From a virus (taxonomy: Duplodnaviria; Caudoviricetes): a DNA stretch of 56,160 nucleotides. This document shows positions 52,155 through 56,160 of the stretch, piece by piece. Within the stretch, counting starts at the first letter, position 1; every line of letters starts with the position of its first letter. The stretch is taken from the IMG/VR virus record IMGVR_UViG_3300032247_000812, positions 1-56,160 of that record. One strand, given 5' to 3'. Below the pieces are notes generated by a model that saw only the letters and a program-made list of their open reading frames with translations, did no database searches and had not been told where the DNA came from. The position numbers and the translations under genes are program-made.

Positions 52155-53408
52155 TTAATTTAGTGTAATTAATGAATGATATCCCCATGCTTGACCAAAA
52201 TAGCTATTAATAGTTTTTTGCTCAGTTAAATCGTTTGAAATTTCCCAACTACAGCAATAATATTGATATGTTGGATTGTTAATATCGCTAAAATTCTTGT
52301 CTTGTAACCAAGGTGAGAATTCATTAAAACTCACACCAATTGCAATGTCACCTAATTCTAATCCAATTATTTCAAAGAATGCTTTTACTTTAAGTGATTT
52401 TAATTCCGTATTTGCAACTTTAGCCTGAGTAGCACCAAGAGCAAAGTTTGTAAACATTGCTCCCCAAAAATCAGGGGGAACTACTCCCACACCCACATCA
52501 GCTCCAGTAGAAGCCAATCCTAAAATTACCTTTTTACCATACTTATTGTAAATTTCTTTTAATACTTTAACTTGGTCTATACCATAAATGTCATTATGAT
52601 ATAATTTTGTAATTGCTTTTAAATCATTTAATGGGGTATTAGATAATCCATTTGATAAAATTATGCTAGGGTAATCAACATAATTCCAAACTGGTGTATC
52701 TTGAATCATAGGAGTAGAATATGAAAGTTTACCAGAATACACTGATTTGATGTTAGAGATTAAATACTGCCAGTAATAAACATGACTCTCTGAATCAAAA
52801 TTGTAATTGCCCTCGCTAACAAATATACCATCAACCTTATGACTTTCTGCAAGTGCGGCAATAGGCTTGTCGTAATTTGCAATGTTGTTAAACATTTGTT
52901 GTTCGGAATATTTGGTAAAGTCAGGGGTTAAGAAACAATCTGAAACACTATCTACAATAGCCAATGATATCCAAACTTTTAACCCTTGACTTTTAGCATA
53001 GTCAACTACTTGCCAAGTAGCCTTAGGCAAAACTTTAATATTAGTAGGATCATCATTGATAGCGCCGGTCTTAGCATTTACCGGGGCCTGTAATTGAATA
53101 ACTACTCCGTTAAATCCAATAGATTTTATTTGGTCTATTAGTGGAGTAACTGCTTCGTATGATGTTGTATGAACACCTGCTTTATTTACAGAACTAGTTG
53201 GTGTATCATATCGGTAATCTAATCTAGCAAATCTAAAATTGTTTACCGTAATTGGTTGTATGAAACCAGACTGGTTAACAATTACACTTGAAGTGGTATT
53301 GGTTGGTGTATTAGAACTTAGTGTACCGCCGCCACCTCCACCGCATGCCGTAAGAACAAGGCTAAGTACAGTTGTACATATAACACTACGGAACATAAGA
53401 AACTCCAT
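52155..53408 (-). CDS. lipoprotein with glycoside-hydrolase TIM barrel (GH113-like)
   Basis: Lipobox LTACGGGG; IKSIGFNGV, VDYAKSQGLKV, ALAE.HKVDG..V.E, W..LI..IKSVYSGKLSY. Confidence 0.7.
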   Translation of the reverse strand: MEFLMFRSVICTTVLSLVLTACGGGGGGTLSSNTPTNTTSSVIVNQSGFIQPITVNNFRFARLDYRYDTPTSSVNKAGVHTTSYEAVTPLIDQIKSIGFNGVVIQLQAPVNAKTGAINDDPTNIKVLPKATWQVVDYAKSQGLKVWISLAIVDSVSDCFLTPDFTKYSEQQMFNNIANYDKPIAALAESHKVDGIFVSEGNYNFDSESHVYYWQYLISNIKSVYSGKLSYSTPMIQDTPVWNYVDYPSIILSNGLSNTPLNDLKAITKLYHNDIYGIDQVKVLKEIYNKYGKKVILGLASTGADVGVGVVPPDFWGAMFTNFALGATQAKVANTELKSLKVKAFFEIIGLELGDIAIGVSFNEFSPWLQDKNFSDINNPTYQYYCCSWEISNDLTEQKTINSYFGQAWGYHSLITLN

Positions 53409-53428
53409 GAGTTGACAATAATGTAGCT

Positions 53429-53457
53429 ATTGTACTACACTATCCATTTAATGTCAA
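53429..53457 (-). promoter_or_regulatory. sigma70-type promoter for the lipoprotein gene
   Basis: TTGACA-17 nt-TACAAT on minus strand. Confidence 0.75.
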
Positions 53458-53462
53458 CCGAG

Positions 53463-54587
53463 TTATTCTAGCAATAAAGTTTTGGGCACATCGTTGTACC
53501 ATTCTTTAACTTCATTGTTACTGATTAATTTTAATTCACTATCAGTATATTTTTGCCCTAAATTATTTTCTTCTACCCAAATATTATATGTCTCTACGCA
53601 TTGGTCAAAGTTTTTTATAATTTTTCTTTTCTCTGCTAATGTTTGTAATTTAATCGGAACTCCTGTGGGAAGTGTACCTGTTTGTACCAACTCTTGTATT
53701 CCTTTATAAGTATTGGTATATTTTTCACTATGTTGTTTTAAATAATTTTGATCCGTTAATGATAAGTTATTGCTTAATTTATCAATTACCATTAATTTTT
53801 TTTCTGTGGTATTTTTCTCATTACCATCATAACCCAATGATGCAATATCTTCTACGCTACCCAAATCACTTATTAATTTGTGACATTTATTCCAATCATT
53901 CCATTCAATTGAAAAAATATCATTCCAAGACTTCTTTTCTTTGTTGGGGAAAATATCTAAATTTAAAATATAACTTTCAATATCTTTCAAATCCTTTTCA
54001 TAATTAAAATAACTATTAACTTGAAAATGATTTTCTACCCATTTTAAATAATCTTTGTATCTATTTAAATGGTGTGTTAGTACCGTTTGGTCTACGGTTA
54101 AACCATTTTTATATATGTCATAAAATACATTTAATTTTTCAATGTGACTGTATACATTTAATTTTTTACTATGTGTAGAAATTGCCCAACTAATTGCATG
54201 TTCAAATAAATTTTCTCGTCTAGCTGAAATAATAAAAAAATTCTCATTAACGTAATTGTAAAAACGTAGTTGGTCTGCTAAGGAATCTTGTCTGTTTATT
54301 ATATGATATAATGCTAACCTAGATGTTTTATAATGGTCTGCACTTTCTAGCAAATCAATAATCTCATCTAATGATTGATGATATCCCCATTTATCACGCT
54401 CCCACATTGGAGGCTTACTTAACATTTCTCTACCATATGTGGTATTGTAATTAATGTTTAATCCATTAGTAAGTTCATGCAAATTGATAACAGGTTTATC
54501 ATACTGATGTCCTGCCATATATATGGTAATCAATCGTTGTAGTAAAGTACTACCCACTCTGTCCGGGGTTAAGATAAGAACATTCAT
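53463..54587 (-). CDS. sulfotransferase-like hypothetical protein
   Basis: ILTPDRVGSTLL (PAPS-loop-like), LHE, RRENLFEHAISW. Confidence 0.7.
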   Translation of the reverse strand: MNVLILTPDRVGSTLLQRLITIYMAGHQYDKPVINLHELTNGLNINYNTTYGREMLSKPPMWERDKWGYHQSLDEIIDLLESADHYKTSRLALYHIINRQDSLADQLRFYNYVNENFFIISARRENLFEHAISWAISTHSKKLNVYSHIEKLNVFYDIYKNGLTVDQTVLTHHLNRYKDYLKWVENHFQVNSYFNYEKDLKDIESYILNLDIFPNKEKKSWNDIFSIEWNDWNKCHKLISDLGSVEDIASLGYDGNEKNTTEKKLMVIDKLSNNLSLTDQNYLKQHSEKYTNTYKGIQELVQTGTLPTGVPIKLQTLAEKRKIIKNFDQCVETYNIWVEENNLGQKYTDSELKLISNNEVKEWYNDVPKTLLLE

Positions 54588-54607
54588 TTTCTATTTATTA
54601 CCCGTGG

Positions 54608-54631
54608 ATAGAGGATCAAAAGATCCTCTAT
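54608..54631 (-). terminator. stem-loop after 54649-54930 gene
   Basis: ATAGAGGATC-AAAA-GATCCTCTAT perfect inverted repeat. Confidence 0.6.
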
Positions 54632-54648
54632 TGTTACTTAATTAAGAA

Positions 54649-54930
54649 TTACTTCTTATTAGTAGTACCAGCATTAACAAATGAGTACATTTTTTCTGCT
54701 GTTTCTAGAACTTTGTCAAGTCCTGGAAACTGTGGCATTTCAACTTTGCTAACGATTTGACCAGTCTTTGCATCACGTGTGGCAGTCATTTCCCATCCTT
54801 GGAATTTAGCATGGAAATCGTCTTGTACTAGGCTTTTGGCCATGCCCAAGATATCTGTACGGATTTCATAACCGTTTTTGTTGAATTTAACTTCAGGCAA
54901 TTTTGGTGCCCAATCATTTGAGTTTGACAT
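54649..54930 (-). CDS. conserved phage hypothetical protein
   Basis: AAGGAG RBS; KNGYEIRTDIL.MAK...VLETAEKMYSFV. Confidence 0.85.
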   Translation of the reverse strand: MSNSNDWAPKLPEVKFNKNGYEIRTDILGMAKSLVQDDFHAKFQGWEMTATRDAKTGQIVSKVEMPQFPGLDKVLETAEKMYSFVNAGTTNKK

Positions 54931-54982
54931 AATTATCTCCTTTTAAAATAGTGTGTATGTCTGTTTGGCTTCTTGACTCAGC

Positions 54983-55258
54983 TTAGGCCGTTGCTGTTTT
55001 TTCTTTTGGAAAGAAAATCTTTGTATACGAATCTACACTATGTGCAGTAATATCAATTGTATTCTTTACTAACATTTTTGCAAATACTGATTGGGCGTCT
55101 ATAAATGCATGGCATGCCTTGTTTAATACTGCATCCTTGTAGACTTGATTAGTAGTCATCTTTTTAGATGTCTGTAATAAGTCAATATAAAAATCTGGTG
55201 TAAACATCGTAGTTTCCTTAAATAGAAGATGTGTGGGATAAAAATATGGCGAAAACAT
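54983..55258 (-). CDS. small helical protein, phasin-like; two in-frame starts (55258, 55207)
   Basis: ID..QTSKK, FIDAQSVFAK; both ATGs have AAGGAAACTA RBS. Confidence 0.7.
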   Translation of the reverse strand: MFSPYFYPTHLLFKETTMFTPDFYIDLLQTSKKMTTNQVYKDAVLNKACHAFIDAQSVFAKMLVKNTIDITAHSVDSYTKIFFPKEKTATA

Positions 55259-55275
55259 AATAGTTTCCTTATTTG

Positions 55276-55401
55276 TTATTTAGGTAGATTCATCATGTCT
55301 TTGGCAAGGTCATAGCGACCCATTTGAGCAAAATGTGCTGCCGCTCTAACTTTACCCATATGGTACAAGAAGTTATAAAAATTATCAAGTATTTTTTTCA
55401 T
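55276..55401 (-). CDS. small hypothetical protein (41 aa, below ORF-track cutoff)
   Basis: ATGA overlap; MKKILDNFYNFLYHMGKVRAAAHFAQMGRYDLAKDMM. Confidence 0.7.
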   Translation of the reverse strand: MKKILDNFYNFLYHMGKVRAAAHFAQMGRYDLAKDMMNLPK

Positions 55402-55580
55402 GCTATCCACCCTTGACGTTGAGTAATTCTTTCGTATTGGCGAGTAAGCATATCAATATCTGCCGCGCTTTGTGGGTGTTTTGAAGCAATATATGCTTCT
55501 AGTGCTGAGCCATATGATTGTGGCTTGTGAAAAGATTCAGCTAGGCTTTTGACCCAACCTAATAATGGTTGTATAAACAT
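55398..55580 (-). CDS. DUF3563-like small protein
   Basis: AGGAG RBS; LEAYIASKHPQSAADIDMLTRQYER. Confidence 0.7.
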   Translation of the reverse strand: MFIQPLLGWVKSLAESFHKPQSYGSALEAYIASKHPQSAADIDMLTRQYERITQRQGWIA

Positions 55581-55658
55581 GTTTTCTCCTGTGTAAGTGT
55601 GTTTATATCAATTTTTACAGAATTGTAACTGTTGTACTTTTATTTAGTCTTTGTATGA

Positions 55659-56160
55659 TTACTTAATATTAATATACTTTGATTTCATCAAGTTGTCAAC
55701 AAAATTGGTTGCCGTTAATATGTCATAGTGATGCCCGTCTCTAGCCAAATCGAGCACCTCGTAATTAACACGTACTGCATTTAATTTCTCAAACTCATCC
55801 TCAAAATGGTTAATATATGCATCATCCATAAGTCCTGGTATAAAACTATTAAGTAGTGTTATTTGATTGTTACAGGCATGTAGACCATTTTTTATGTTAC
55901 CTATTAAATTTTTAACATCCTCAGTGGATTGCATTTCTTTTACATACCAAATTCTTCTGTCATAGTCATTTAACTTGTCCGCTGATATTGTACTTTCTCT
56001 GCGATTTATATAACTCCATTGAGCAATGATTAATTTTGGTTTTATTACATCTGCTATTCTTACAATTTTTCGTGATATCCAATCATTGCTAGCACCATCC
56101 ATTGATATATTGATAGTGCGAATGTTCAGTCTTTTTGCTAGTACTTGCGGCCATATATAC
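55659..56160 (-). CDS. SGNH-like hypothetical protein (5' truncated)
   Basis: Frame open to window edge (YIWPQVLAKRL..INISMDGASND), QWS...RRE, DLARDGHH; related to 21331-22107. Confidence 0.7.
   Translation of the reverse strand, partial: YIWPQVLAKRLNIRTINISMDGASNDWISRKIVRIADVIKPKLIIAQWSYINRRESTISADKLNDYDRRIWYVKEMQSTEDVKNLIGNIKNGLHACNNQITLLNSFIPGLMDDAYINHFEDEFEKLNAVRVNYEVLDLARDGHHYDILTATNFVDNLMKSKYINIK

Noticed and set aside
1-56160. Stop-codon reassignment, as in some huge phages
   Set aside because: Conserved genes (clpX, ligase, clpP) are full length in code 11, TGA and TAG end genes at expected positions (e.g. infA ends in TAG), and no suppressor tRNA is visible
1-56160. Bacterial chromosome origin, given clpP, clpX, rpoZ, infA and rpsU
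   Set aside because: These genes lack their cellular operon contexts (tig-clpP-clpX-lon, gmk-rpoZ-spoT) and sit among small phage-type ORFs, fibre genes, an ATP-dependent ligase and TATAAATA motifs

Overview
AT-rich, gene-dense fragment of a large (jumbo/huge) tailed dsDNA phage, most likely a freshwater phage of Proteobacteria (betaproteobacterial-type rpoZ, erpA, clpX, DUF3563-like gene); standard genetic code. All family assignments are from motif recognition by eye, with no database searches. It starts in a tRNA region (partial tRNA-Pro, tRNA-Val(TAC), tRNA-Gly(GCC)), followed by an RNA polymerase omega gene and an unassigned, highly structured ~190-nt RNA candidate. It contains runs of small early genes, each behind a near-identical sigma70 promoter/leader repeat, and a block of fibre-like virion genes (13-19 kb). 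Host-like genes include rpoZ, infA, rpsU, an ArfA-like peptide, clpP x2, clpX, clpS, hsp20 with a ROSE-like leader, erpA, Fe/Mn SOD, pirin, peptidase S11, dCMP deaminase and ATP-dependent DNA ligase. A T4-late-like ATAAATA motif often sits only 4-8 nt before start codons. Most interesting: the structured RNA at 1507-1698, a four-gene DUF1415-like/ATE-like aminoacyl-transferase/DUF6614/amidinotransferase operon, the Clp/N-degron-like proteolysis set, apparently leaderless late genes alongside phage translation factors, and a TGTTG-N8-CAACA operator tied to the early promoter repeats.
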